A stretch of DNA of 64,000 nucleotides from Armatimonadota bacterium (GTDB lineage Bacteria > Armatimonadota > Zipacnadia > Zipacnadales > JABUFB01), in the NCBI GenBank assembly GCA_013314775.1, contig JABUFB010000003.1, positions 106,622 to 170,621 on the forward strand, written 5' to 3'. Of this stretch, positions 27,101 through 35,494 are shown piece after piece. The notes beneath the pieces are model-generated. The model saw only the letters and a program-made list of their open reading frames with translations, was not told the DNA's origin and did not search any database. The translations under genes and the position numbers were made by a program. Position 1 is the stretch's first letter, and every line of letters starts with the position of its first letter.

Positions 27101-28185
27101 GATCGGTGCAAGTGCTGGTGGATGGGCAGCCGCTGGGTGAGCCGGTGACTGGAACCGCGGGATCGGTGGGTCCGGCTGCGCCCGCAAGGCTCGGAGAAGT
27201 GGCCCTTGACGCCGGGGAACACGCCCTGGCCCTGCGGCTGACGAAGGACGATAACGCCGGACATTTCTGGTTCGGGCTGACCAGCGTCACACTCACGCCC
27301 TCGGGTCAGGAAGAGCCCACGGAGCCGCGGCCCTTCATCAAGTCGGTGCGGCGGCTGCCCGTGGATTCGTCGGGCGACAAGATCACGCCCGTGGGTATTC
27401 TGGTGGAACTGGAGGACGGCGCGACCGACGTGTTCCTCTCGGCAGGCGATGCGGACAAAGCCCGGGAGTTCGGCGGACTTGACACATCCCTGCGATTCCA
27501 GGGCTGCTTCGCCTATCTGCGAGTCCGTGGCGGACGGGTGGAGCAGGCGGCCCTGTCCGGAGCGCGTGAGCTGCGGTTCGGCGACCTGACCATCGCCTGC
27601 GCGCAGGATCAGTACTCGGGCAAGGTGACTGCGGTGGACGAGGCGGCGTCGGTCGTGGATGTGGACGCACAACTGCCTGCCGATGGCCGTCTGAACGGGC
27701 AGGTGATCCTGTTCGATAACCCACTGTACAGCCGCAATACGGCACACCGGATCGTCCGGGTCGAGAACATCCCCACAGGCTCGCGGATTCACCTGGAGAG
27801 CGCGACTCTGGTGCTGGGGACCGGGATTCTCGAGGATGATCCAGCGAATGCGCAAGAGTTCGTGAGCCTCCTCGCCCACGAATACGCCACTTGCGACAGC
27901 CCCGACGGCACGCAGTTCATGAGCGGTAAGCTGCTCAAGGCGAGAGACGCTCAGACCCGGGTGATCCGTACCAGACTGGGGCAACTCATGCGCTACACTG
28001 TAGAGAGCACCGAGGGGTTCCGCGCGGGAACGGAGTTCGCTATCTGCGACGTCCAGATGGACGACAGCTTCTCGATACCCGCGGTCGCTCACGTGACGGC
28101 CGGCGCGCGCAGTGGCTATCGTGCCACCGGGAACGTTGCGGTGACGGTCTCAGGGGCTGGAAGGCCTGAGGCGCTGGCCCCTTGA
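24118..28185 (+). CDS. giant secreted protein: N-terminal F5/8 type C (discoidin) domain plus heparinase II/III-like polysaccharide lyase region and C-terminal beta-sandwich domains
   Basis: In frame with ORF 24010..28185; start set at ATG 24118 (RBS GGTGGAGGT). YGPSLNHGHLDDLNINYYARGFE matches the heparinase II/III signature; discoidin-like AETAVDGDLNTWWASS. Confidence 0.65.
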   Translation: MTLRSILLLTLCAACLADGDLRTYGLPNVAAGAQITASGSAGAPGRKYSAETAVDGDLNTWWASSTFPKYPVELTLDFPKSIRLDTLAVVQADNPQLYSPWKRLRIEFSDGSSVEEQWPDDTLPRVVRFDARDADWVKVLVLEAHHPERHYVTAREIMAFLDPERKVKPNMPPTHDWKQKDLTPQGMPVHPCVYLTPEDVTRARETLKNSPWAQEWFQAVKSQADQWLDKSEEWLVSVIPEEGACFAYGFSGCPICSASWGTWGGARCSWDKPGKVTCANGHVLPDEDHPDPGTGYVGPDGRIHYFVGSYNAWVVETLEAKAVANLALAYTLTGEDKYADRAGFILDLLADIYPSCDAGSWDYPSSPPSGRFCRPWYQVARVLVRYVDEYDQIFPSASLNKPSIREGLTRRENIELNLLRNGAEYCYEQSLKGRLHNGEADYVRGALAVGCCLGIPWYIDWAYDGPYGILSFVRNNVDRDGRYFETSAMYADHTRNLYLTFAEPLFNYRSEKYPSGINLYDDRQFQSFYVLPQLSFNCIGKTPRFGDSGPDTAQSYLPKRPTNQFDYRLAERLYARVSDPADRAKFGRLLNWLSAGDPDAMRDSDGEMPWLLFHGRALAPDPDAQIDPQLDRKISRCELFGQKGFAFLRDGDGPSAQALLLRYGPSLNHGHLDDLNINYYARGFEVTYDLGYGLGSTHTQVGWGKQTASHNLVLVDEKPQRSEGSGTGGSLHQFADVPGLKLVEASSENSYVNQGVSVYRRLLAMAGEGDRRYLVDLFRVKGGRQHDYLLHSFGEQATFEGVELPEPADGSLAGPDIRWGDLQLNDGDMKGFPGKPYWNPPPGNGLGFLMAPQAAECEENWSATWSLPGEQDFLKATILGQPGTEVITARAPGIYPNLPKTRYAIARRKSDSDLSSDFVAVLEPYGVRHPGETIDAAELAQSAQVSAGTSKMITAIGVLLFQAEKSGDEMTVPFSVERSGQYVITLGHYKSPSYGSVQVLVDGQPLGEPVTGTAGSVGPAAPARLGEVALDAGEHALALRLTKDDNAGHFWFGLTSVTLTPSGQEEPTEPRPFIKSVRRLPVDSSGDKITPVGILVELEDGATDVFLSAGDADKAREFGGLDTSLRFQGCFAYLRVRGGRVEQAALSGARELRFGDLTIACAQDQYSGKVTAVDEAASVVDVDAQLPADGRLNGQVILFDNPLYSRNTAHRIVRVENIPTGSRIHLESATLVLGTGILEDDPANAQEFVSLLAHEYATCDSPDGTQFMSGKLLKARDAQTRVIRTRLGQLMRYTVESTEGFRAGTEFAICDVQMDDSFSIPAVAHVTAGARSGYRATGNVAVTVSGAGRPEALAP

Positions 28186-28272
28186 CATCTGCGCGGGTGG
28201 CAGAGCTGGAGATGCAACGAGAGCCGGGCGGATGCCCGGCTCTCGTTCATTGTTGGAGTATGATGGCTTGGG

Positions 28273-28701
28273 CTAGACTGCGGAGCGATGGGAGAGAAGT
28301 ACGCTCTCGATCAGAGATTGCAGGCCACGGGGTTCGAAAGGCTTTGTCAGGAAAGCCAGCCCGTCGCCGGGAAGATCATCGATCGTCTCTTCGGTGGTCA
28401 GGACGACCATCGGGATCTCGCACGTCGCCTGATCTGTTCTCAACTGGTCCAGAAGACTGCCCCCGCCCGGAGCCAGCATCATAGAATCAAGCACAATCAG
28501 ATCTGGATGTTCGTCCTTTGCAAGCTCGATCGCCTGCTGTCCACTGCCTGCGATATCTGTCCGAAAGCCCTTCTGCCGGATCAGCAGGTCAAGAAGCCTT
28601 GCAAGACCTGGCTGCTCCTCGGCGATAAGGATTTTCGGGCGCGTCAATACATCGCCACCTCCTTTCGCCTCGCGACTGTTACCGCTGAATTTACTGGTCA
28701 T
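28273..28701 (-). CDS. stand-alone response regulator receiver domain (CheY-like)
   Basis: In frame with ORF 28273..28743 (TTG at 28743 or ATG at 28701). PKILIAEE, phospho-acceptor region DLIVLD, conserved Lys in FLTKPF. Confidence 0.65.
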   Translation of the reverse strand: MTSKFSGNSREAKGGGDVLTRPKILIAEEQPGLARLLDLLIRQKGFRTDIAGSGQQAIELAKDEHPDLIVLDSMMLAPGGGSLLDQLRTDQATCEIPMVVLTTEETIDDLPGDGLAFLTKPFEPRGLQSLIESVLLSHRSAV

Positions 28702-28871
28702 GGGTCCCCGCCCCTTTATCTTACCCACCAGTCTGTCGAACAAACGACGCCGCTAATGATAGCACAGACTGCAAGGCAGTGCCACCAGGGAATCCGGAAG
28801 CAGAGGCCTTTCCATGGCGCCCAGCGCCGGCAGGTCATCGGCATTCGGGGTGCGAATACTGCCTGCAAGAC

Positions 28872-29726
28872 ATGACCGTAAAATCCCCCACCGGACGATT
28901 GGTTGCCTACCTGCTCCTGGTCCTCGGATCGGTCGCCTTTCTGTTCCCTCTGGTTTGGATGATCTCCACCTCCCTCAAGCCCATCGAGGAGACCATGCGG
29001 GTGCCACCGGTCTGGATCCCCTCCACGATCCAGTGGCGCAACTACGCCGACGCTGTAACCTACGGCAGCGACAAGCTCGGCTACATCCCCTTCCTGCGCT
29101 ATGCCGTGAACACCCTGTATCTCGCGGTTCTGGGGGTCATCGGCACTGTGCTTTCCAATGCCCTCGTGGCCTACGGGTTCGCGCGCATCAACTGGAAGGG
29201 CCGGGACATCGTCTTTGCCATCGCACTCGCGACCATGATGGTGCCCTTCCCTGTGACCATGGTCGCGGTCTTTGCGATCTTCCGCGAACTGGGGTGGATC
29301 GGGACATTCCGGCCGCTCTGGGTCCCCGCATTCCTGGGCAGCGCCTTCAATATCTTTCTCCTGCGCCAGTTCTTCTTGAGCATCCCTCGGGAGCTTTCCG
29401 ACGCCGCGCGCATCGACGGCTGCTCGGAACTGGGGATCTTCCGCCATGTAGTTCTGCCTTTGTCGAAACCCGCGCTGGCGGTGGTTGCGCTGTTCCACTT
29501 CCTTTATGTCTGGAACGACTTCCTGGGCCCGCTGATCTACCTGACGGACCAGAAGATGTTTACCTTGTCATTGGGCCTGCAGTTCTACCAGAGCCAGCAC
29601 GGCGGCACGGAATGGCACATGCTGATGGCCGCCTCTTCGATCGTGGTCCTGCCGCTGATTGTCCTGTTCTTTTTTACCCAGCGGCAGTTCATCCAAGGGA
29701 TCACGATGACGGGACTGAAGGGGTAG
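28872..29726 (+). CDS. carbohydrate ABC transporter permease (MalG/UgpE-like)
   Basis: In frame with ORF 28779..29726; start set at ATG 28872. EAA-loop region LSDAARIDGCSELGIFRHVVLPLSKPAL; six predicted TM segments. No ATPase or binding protein adjacent. Confidence 0.8.
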   Translation: MTVKSPTGRLVAYLLLVLGSVAFLFPLVWMISTSLKPIEETMRVPPVWIPSTIQWRNYADAVTYGSDKLGYIPFLRYAVNTLYLAVLGVIGTVLSNALVAYGFARINWKGRDIVFAIALATMMVPFPVTMVAVFAIFRELGWIGTFRPLWVPAFLGSAFNIFLLRQFFLSIPRELSDAARIDGCSELGIFRHVVLPLSKPALAVVALFHFLYVWNDFLGPLIYLTDQKMFTLSLGLQFYQSQHGGTEWHMLMAASSIVVLPLIVLFFFTQRQFIQGITMTGLKG

Positions 29727-29730
29727 AGAG

Positions 29731-30356
29731 GCTGGCGTCCCGCGCTGGCGCCCCGGGTTGACGCCCCGGGTTGAAACCCGGGGCTAGGGGCCTTCGGCCG
29801 GGCGTCCTGCGGACGGGCTTTCCTGTCCCGCGCTGGCGCCCCGCGCTGAAGCACGGGGCTGTGGGCCTTCGGCCGTGCGTCCTACGGACGGGCTTTCCCG
29901 TCCCGCGCTGACGCCCCGCGCTGAAGCACGGGGCTGTGGGCCTTCGGCCGGGCGTCCTGAGGGACGCGAAGATTGACGCCCCGGGTTGACGCCCCGGGTT
30001 GAAACCCGGGGCTAGGGGCCTTCGGCCGGGCGTCCTGAGGGACGCGAAGGCTGAGCGTCCCGCTCGACAGGCCGTTCGCCGTTGCCGTCCAGCCCCGAAG
30101 GGGCGTCAGTCTCTTGCCACCAGCGTAAGCTGGTGGAATCAGGCCCCCATCGAGATTATAAGAGCCCCCGAAGGGGGCGGCAGAAACCCGAGCTCCGCCT
30201 GCGGGGGCGTCGATGCCCCGCGCTGACGCCCCGCGCTGAAGCACGGGGCTGTGGGCCTTCGGCCGTGCGTCCTGCGGACGGGCTTTCCTGTCCCACGCTG
30301 GCGCCCCGCGCTGAAGCACGGGGCTGTGGGCCTTCGGCCGGGCGTGCTGCGGACGG
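29731..30356. repeat. GC-rich multi-hairpin repeat array, locus 2
   Basis: Shuffled modules: gccccgcgctgaagcacggggc, ggccttcggcc (UUCG loop), ccccgggttgaaacccgggg, ccaccagcgtaagctggtgg (GNRA loop), gagcccccgaagggggc. Lies between convergent gene ends. Confidence 0.8.
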
Positions 30357-30437
30357 TATGGCGGACACGAGTGCCAGATCAGGCCCACAGACATACGATC
30401 ACGGCCATTGTGCGTCTGGCTGAGCCGGTCACCCCCC

Positions 30438-31787
30438 TCACATTCCCGGGTACAGCGTGTTGTTGTAGTGCGTCGGGATTGCCAGCGGTCTCGCGTTGGC
30501 GTAGATGCACGCGCCCCGGGAGCCGAACAGAATCACCTCGTCGCGGCTGTCGCCCCACACATCGGCCCGGGTGCAGTAGAAATGGGCGCGGCGGTCTTCC
30601 TCGCTGCGGTCCGGGGTACACTGCATCGGCAGCGTGTCCATGATCTGTCCCTGGCCGTCGTAGATCGCCACGCTCTCCCCCGGCCCGCGGGCATACACCA
30701 GCACCCCGTCGGTCCCGTCGCCCATCCAGTTCACCGCGATGCAGGCCGCGTACCAGCCCCCGGCCGGCTGCTCTCGACGCCAGATCTCGGCGCCCTGCGG
30801 GTCATAGAGGTAGAGGGTGGCCGAATCACGCTGTCCATCGGCGCGGGGCTGCCCGCGGTCGATCACCGCATACTGGAGTTCGGAGTCGTGCCGGAAGCGT
30901 CCTGCCACCACATGCTGGGCTTCGGCGAGAGGGTGGCCCCACAGTTCGGACCCGTCCGGGCGCAGGCAGTGGATGCCGTGGTTGCCGAAAAGCAGGTTCC
31001 AGCTTCCATCGGCGCGCCGGACCGAATACGCGGCGTCCTGGTGAGCGCCTCGTGGGTCGTGGCTGAAGAGCACCGTCCCGTCGTGGTCGATAAGCGCGAA
31101 GCCCACGAACACCTCGTCGCGGCCATCATTGTCCGTATCGCACAGGGCCGGGAAATGCCCGGTGGACCCCGCCCATTCCCAGAGCACCTCGCCCTCGTGA
31201 GACACGCCCCACATGGTCCAATAGCGGTCTTTCACCACGAGGTCCGCGCGACGTCCGCGCCCTGTCAGGTCGGCGAAGAGGAAGCAGTCGTCCGCCGGTG
31301 CGGGCAGGTCGAAGCCGCCCTTCTCCTCGCCTGTCTGCGCGTCGAGGACCATCATGCGCGCCTTGCCCTCGTACCGCGTGGCGCGCTCCCGGGCCCAGCT
31401 TGCGTTCGTGTCCCATTCCGCGTACGTGGCCTGGCGGACATAGAGGACCTCATTGCGCCCGTCGGCGTCCCAGTCGTAGACCTGCACCGGGAGATCGGCG
31501 TAGATTTCGCCATTATCGGCGGAGTGGACGCCCTTCTGCCAGAGTATCTCGCCGGAGATCGTGGTCGCGGTGAGGCAGGTGATCTCCCGGGTGGCGCGGA
31601 TGCTCTGGACGAACAGCAGGTCCGGCGCACCGTCGCCGTTGAGATCACCCACGCGCACGGTCTCCGCGCCGAAATCCCGGACGTCGATGAGGCTGACGAG
31701 GTGGTGGGTCATGGGGTTCTTCTCCTGGGCACGGGCGAGTGTGCACGCAAGGGTGCAGGTGAGCAGGAGACAGGTTGCGCGGGTCAT
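30438..31787 (-). CDS. secreted FG-GAP/VCBS-like beta-propeller protein
   Basis: In frame with ORF 30438..31931; start set at ATG 31787 giving signal peptide MTRATCLLLTCTLACTLARA. Repeated DxDGDG-type motifs (DLNGDGAPDL, DWDADGRNEV, DTDNDGRDEV). Confidence 0.6.
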   Translation of the reverse strand: MTRATCLLLTCTLACTLARAQEKNPMTHHLVSLIDVRDFGAETVRVGDLNGDGAPDLLFVQSIRATREITCLTATTISGEILWQKGVHSADNGEIYADLPVQVYDWDADGRNEVLYVRQATYAEWDTNASWARERATRYEGKARMMVLDAQTGEEKGGFDLPAPADDCFLFADLTGRGRRADLVVKDRYWTMWGVSHEGEVLWEWAGSTGHFPALCDTDNDGRDEVFVGFALIDHDGTVLFSHDPRGAHQDAAYSVRRADGSWNLLFGNHGIHCLRPDGSELWGHPLAEAQHVVAGRFRHDSELQYAVIDRGQPRADGQRDSATLYLYDPQGAEIWRREQPAGGWYAACIAVNWMGDGTDGVLVYARGPGESVAIYDGQGQIMDTLPMQCTPDRSEEDRRAHFYCTRADVWGDSRDEVILFGSRGACIYANARPLAIPTHYNNTLYPGM

Positions 31788-31825
31788 GTTGTCTGTCCTT
31801 TCAGCGTCCTGAGAAACCTCGACCC

Positions 31826-34800
31826 TTACCTCCCCTGCAATTCGCGCCGCATCTGCACGTTCGTTGGCCTGCCCGCGGGAACCGGGCGCTGGAAGCCCTC
31901 GGGGAGCACGTACAACTCGTGTACAGACCACCAGTAGTAGCTGTCCCAGCCGGTCTGGATGATGAGCACGAAGCGCGCGTCCACGGGGGCGAACTCGCAG
32001 CGCCAGATGCCATGCCGCACGCTGCGCCGGGACGCGCCCTCTTCAGCCCGGGCCACGGTCTCCCAGGTCTCCCCATCCGGGGAAACCCGCACTTCGTAGC
32101 CGCGAGGGTAGTCCAGCTTCGACCGCGCGATGTCCAGCCAGATGCCCTGAACGCGTCGGCTCTCTCCGAGATCGACCTGAAGCCAGTCGCCGGGTCGCAT
32201 TGCACGGCCTGTAGTCCAGCGGGTCCCGGTTTCGCGGTCAATTGCGGCGGCGGTGTCGGTCTCGGATGCCTGACGATTGCCGGGCACCCCGGCTGTAAGG
32301 GTCCAGCCGTCGGGTTTGAGGCCCGGGTGGATGTCGGGTGAAGGAGCGGCGACCCATCGCACCTGTTTCGAGACGGGATACGGTGCAAGGACCCTGATGT
32401 AGCGGGAGAGGTCCAGCACCTGCCCCGCCTCGACGCGGAATTCGGAGGCAAGGCGGATCGGCCGGGTCTTGCCGTCTCGCGCGATCTGGCGGATGGTGAC
32501 GTCGCAGTCCTCGAAGGTCTTCAGGATGGACAGTGTGAGCTTGCCGGACCGAGGCGAATAGTCCACCTGTCCCCAGAATCCCGGGAGGAATACGGGGCAG
32601 TGCAGTTCGGTCTCGGCTGAGAATGTGCGGGGCGAAATGAAGAGCGTCCGGCCGGGCGCATCCAGGGAGAGGCCTGTGAGGGCATTCAGCACATGCCAGG
32701 AGGTGGGGCAGGTCATGTAGCTGCGCAGTCCGCCCTGTCTGCCGCCAGGGGCGTCGTAGACGAGGGACTGGTCCCACGGGCTCTTGTTTTGCTCCCAGGC
32801 GCAGTGGTACACCCGGCGCAGAACCTCCAGCCCGTCGTCCACATAGCCCCGGTAGATGCTCTCGCAGCCCAGGTAGGGCTCATGCTGCAGGAGGAAGCAT
32901 GCGCTGGTAGCACTTTGGCCTTCCGCGGTAACTTCCATGGGCGGCACCGGGAAGAAGGGCTTGAGATGCCGAGCGATGAGCTGGTGTACCTCGCGCTCGG
33001 CGATGCCCGGGGGAAGGGTGTCACCCAGCCCGCAGATATGCGCCAGCCAGTCCCCTGCGAGAGCAGCCACGAAGCTGTTGGGGTTCTTGGCATCGCTTCG
33101 AGCCGACCGCCACTTGATGAAGTACTCGCCATTCCACAGGCGTTCCATCACCGCCGCCTGGAGTGCAGTGAACCTGGACCGGTACTCGTCCGCGAGGGCT
33201 GGTTCGGCCTGCACGCGGGCCACCTCCTCCGCCGCCAGGAGCGCGCCCAGAGTGCAGCTTGCGGAGTAGATAAATGCCCCGCGCGGAAGTTGCTCGTAGT
33301 CGTAGGTGCTGCCGCCTTCGGGGATGAGATCACCGTCTTCATCGGCACTCTGCAGCCAGTCGATGGCTTCCCGCACGTGTGGCCACATGTGGTCCAGGAA
33401 GGTTCGGTCGCCGGTCCAGCGGTAGAGCTTGAGCACCTGCATGATCCAGGAGGCCGACAGGTCCGGCCAGTCCGTGATGCCGTAGCCCACCCGCGGGTCG
33501 CCGATGACCTCGTGGAAGTTGCCGTTGAAGTGGGTGATGCGCCCGTCTTCCTGCTGGCAGTCGGCGAACAGCCGCAGTTCGCTCTCATCCAGTTCGGGGA
33601 ACATCTGCACATAGAAGGCATGAGCGGCCATGCGCTGGTCCATGGTGCCCAGCGCGCCACCCATGTCGATGGGGCTCTCCAGGACCGCGAAGCGCCCGTC
33701 CCGGGTGAGCACCGTGGCCGAGTACATGGTGAAAGCGCAGTTGATGAGCTTCAGCTTGAGCCAGAAGGGCAGGTTGGACTCGAGCACCACGTCCTGCCAT
33801 TCCCGGGTCTGTTCCAGGAGGCGCTCGCGCCGCGCCACCGCGTAGTTCACCAGGGAATCGATCTCCGGGAACTGCTCCAGGAAGTAGTGGCCGACGTCGG
33901 TCTTGCGCACCAGCTCCCGCGCCTCCTGCAGGCGCGCGGATGAGGAAGCGCGGGAGAGGTCCACCTTGCCGCCGGGGGTGTGCACCGTCAGCTCGTGGAT
34001 GGACCAAAACCAGAACTCCTGGCTTTCGAGGTTGGTAATGCGGATATACCGCGCCGGCGTAGGCTCGAAGGCGATGTCCAGGATCGCCTTGACCTGCTGC
34101 TTCCCGGCTTCCGCGCAGGTGGCCTCGGCCGCAATCGCCCACTGCTCCGGGGTCTCGGCCAGTTCGACGCGGTAGCCCAGGGGATAGTCGGAAGGGGATG
34201 GGCTCGAGTCCAGGGTCAGGCCGGACACGGTCTCCACGCGCCCAAGGTCCACGGTGAACTGGTCGCCCGCGCGCTTCTCGCGACCGGTAGACCAGCGTGA
34301 AGATAAGTCGCGGTCGAAGGCCGCGCGTCCCGCGTCTTTCGCAGGGGCGAGTTCGCCCGAGTATTCCCGCACCCTGTGCTCCATGCGGAAGGTGGGCATG
34401 TGCCAGGCAATCAGGAAATGCAGTCGCCGCGCCTCACCGGGCTCAAGGGTGACTGAGGCCGAGACCACCGCGGCAGAACTGTGGACCCGAGACCTTTGGG
34501 GCTCGCATTCCGGCCTGCCCGTCTCCACGAAACTGTCCCACCAGGGGATAGATGACCTATCGGCATCCCACTCGCTGCAGGTGGCCACGGTCACACCCTC
34601 GCCCAGTTGTACGCCTGCGAAGTGGGTGCCGATGGTATTCTGGCGCATGTCGTCGAAGCTCTCGGTGCTGGTGAACAGGATGCCCGCGCAATCGTCCCCC
34701 GTCCAAGGCGTCTGCTCGCGGCCGGAAGCGAAATCCCAGGGGACGTCCTTGCGCCCGCCGAAACCCACGAGGTTTTCCCATGAGAGCGCGAGGGACACTT

Positions 34801-35305
34801 GGGCAACCTGGGCACCGGGATTGGTCACAGTGAAGTCCAGGAAGGCCACGGGGAGTGAGGAGTCCCGCACATTGCGAGGGATCAGGGGAGAGTGGGCGTG
34901 GAGGCTTACGGTTACCGGGAGACCATCGTCTTGGAAGGCCAGTTCGGCGCGGGGGTACAGGCCGAGATAGCGGGTGTGGGCGATGTTGGTGACCGTTTCG
35001 TACTCGCGGTCCCAGGTGCCCCGCAGGATTCTCGCAGCTTTCATGCCGTTGGTCTCGCAGCGCACCGCGGCGAAGCTGCCACGGAGGACCCCGGTGGGCC
35101 GGTCCCAGTTGTGGTTCGTGGTCGCGTTGCCGAAAGCGCCGTCGGTGAGGAGTTCGATTGCGCCGCAGCCGATTCCCCCCAGTGGCACGCCGGACCGCCA
35201 CCGCGCATCGCGGATCTGGCCGGTTGAGGAGTCGAACTCCGCCTGGGCCTGCAGTATGACGGTCAACGCGAGGGCAAGGGCAAGGGCTGCACTGAGCCTG
35301 TTCAT
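31826..35305 (-). CDS. GH116-like six-hairpin glycoside hydrolase with two F5/8 type C (discoidin) domains
   Basis: In frame with ORF 31826..36544, trimmed to ATG 35305 (signal peptide MNRLSAALALALALTVILQA); upstream codons are antisense to the beta-helix gene. PLGGIGCGAIEL resembles the GH116 N-terminal motif. Confidence 0.65.
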   Translation of the reverse strand: MNRLSAALALALALTVILQAQAEFDSSTGQIRDARWRSGVPLGGIGCGAIELLTDGAFGNATTNHNWDRPTGVLRGSFAAVRCETNGMKAARILRGTWDREYETVTNIAHTRYLGLYPRAELAFQDDGLPVTVSLHAHSPLIPRNVRDSSLPVAFLDFTVTNPGAQVAQVSLALSWENLVGFGGRKDVPWDFASGREQTPWTGDDCAGILFTSTESFDDMRQNTIGTHFAGVQLGEGVTVATCSEWDADRSSIPWWDSFVETGRPECEPQRSRVHSSAAVVSASVTLEPGEARRLHFLIAWHMPTFRMEHRVREYSGELAPAKDAGRAAFDRDLSSRWSTGREKRAGDQFTVDLGRVETVSGLTLDSSPSPSDYPLGYRVELAETPEQWAIAAEATCAEAGKQQVKAILDIAFEPTPARYIRITNLESQEFWFWSIHELTVHTPGGKVDLSRASSSARLQEARELVRKTDVGHYFLEQFPEIDSLVNYAVARRERLLEQTREWQDVVLESNLPFWLKLKLINCAFTMYSATVLTRDGRFAVLESPIDMGGALGTMDQRMAAHAFYVQMFPELDESELRLFADCQQEDGRITHFNGNFHEVIGDPRVGYGITDWPDLSASWIMQVLKLYRWTGDRTFLDHMWPHVREAIDWLQSADEDGDLIPEGGSTYDYEQLPRGAFIYSASCTLGALLAAEEVARVQAEPALADEYRSRFTALQAAVMERLWNGEYFIKWRSARSDAKNPNSFVAALAGDWLAHICGLGDTLPPGIAEREVHQLIARHLKPFFPVPPMEVTAEGQSATSACFLLQHEPYLGCESIYRGYVDDGLEVLRRVYHCAWEQNKSPWDQSLVYDAPGGRQGGLRSYMTCPTSWHVLNALTGLSLDAPGRTLFISPRTFSAETELHCPVFLPGFWGQVDYSPRSGKLTLSILKTFEDCDVTIRQIARDGKTRPIRLASEFRVEAGQVLDLSRYIRVLAPYPVSKQVRWVAAPSPDIHPGLKPDGWTLTAGVPGNRQASETDTAAAIDRETGTRWTTGRAMRPGDWLQVDLGESRRVQGIWLDIARSKLDYPRGYEVRVSPDGETWETVARAEEGASRRSVRHGIWRCEFAPVDARFVLIIQTGWDSYYWWSVHELYVLPEGFQRPVPAGRPTNVQMRRELQGR

Positions 35306-35494
35306 CGCGGACCCCCTGGACCCGAAATCGCGCACGAGCGGCTCGGCGCCCTCACTGCCTTCGGGAGGTGCCGGGCCGGCAGTCGCGGCATATTCTCCAC
35401 AGGAATGCGGTTCGCAGTTGCAGGGCAGAGTTCCTTCCCTGCGGCTCACGCTGGAGACCTGACGGATGCCGTTCCGATGCAGGGGAGCCCTTTG

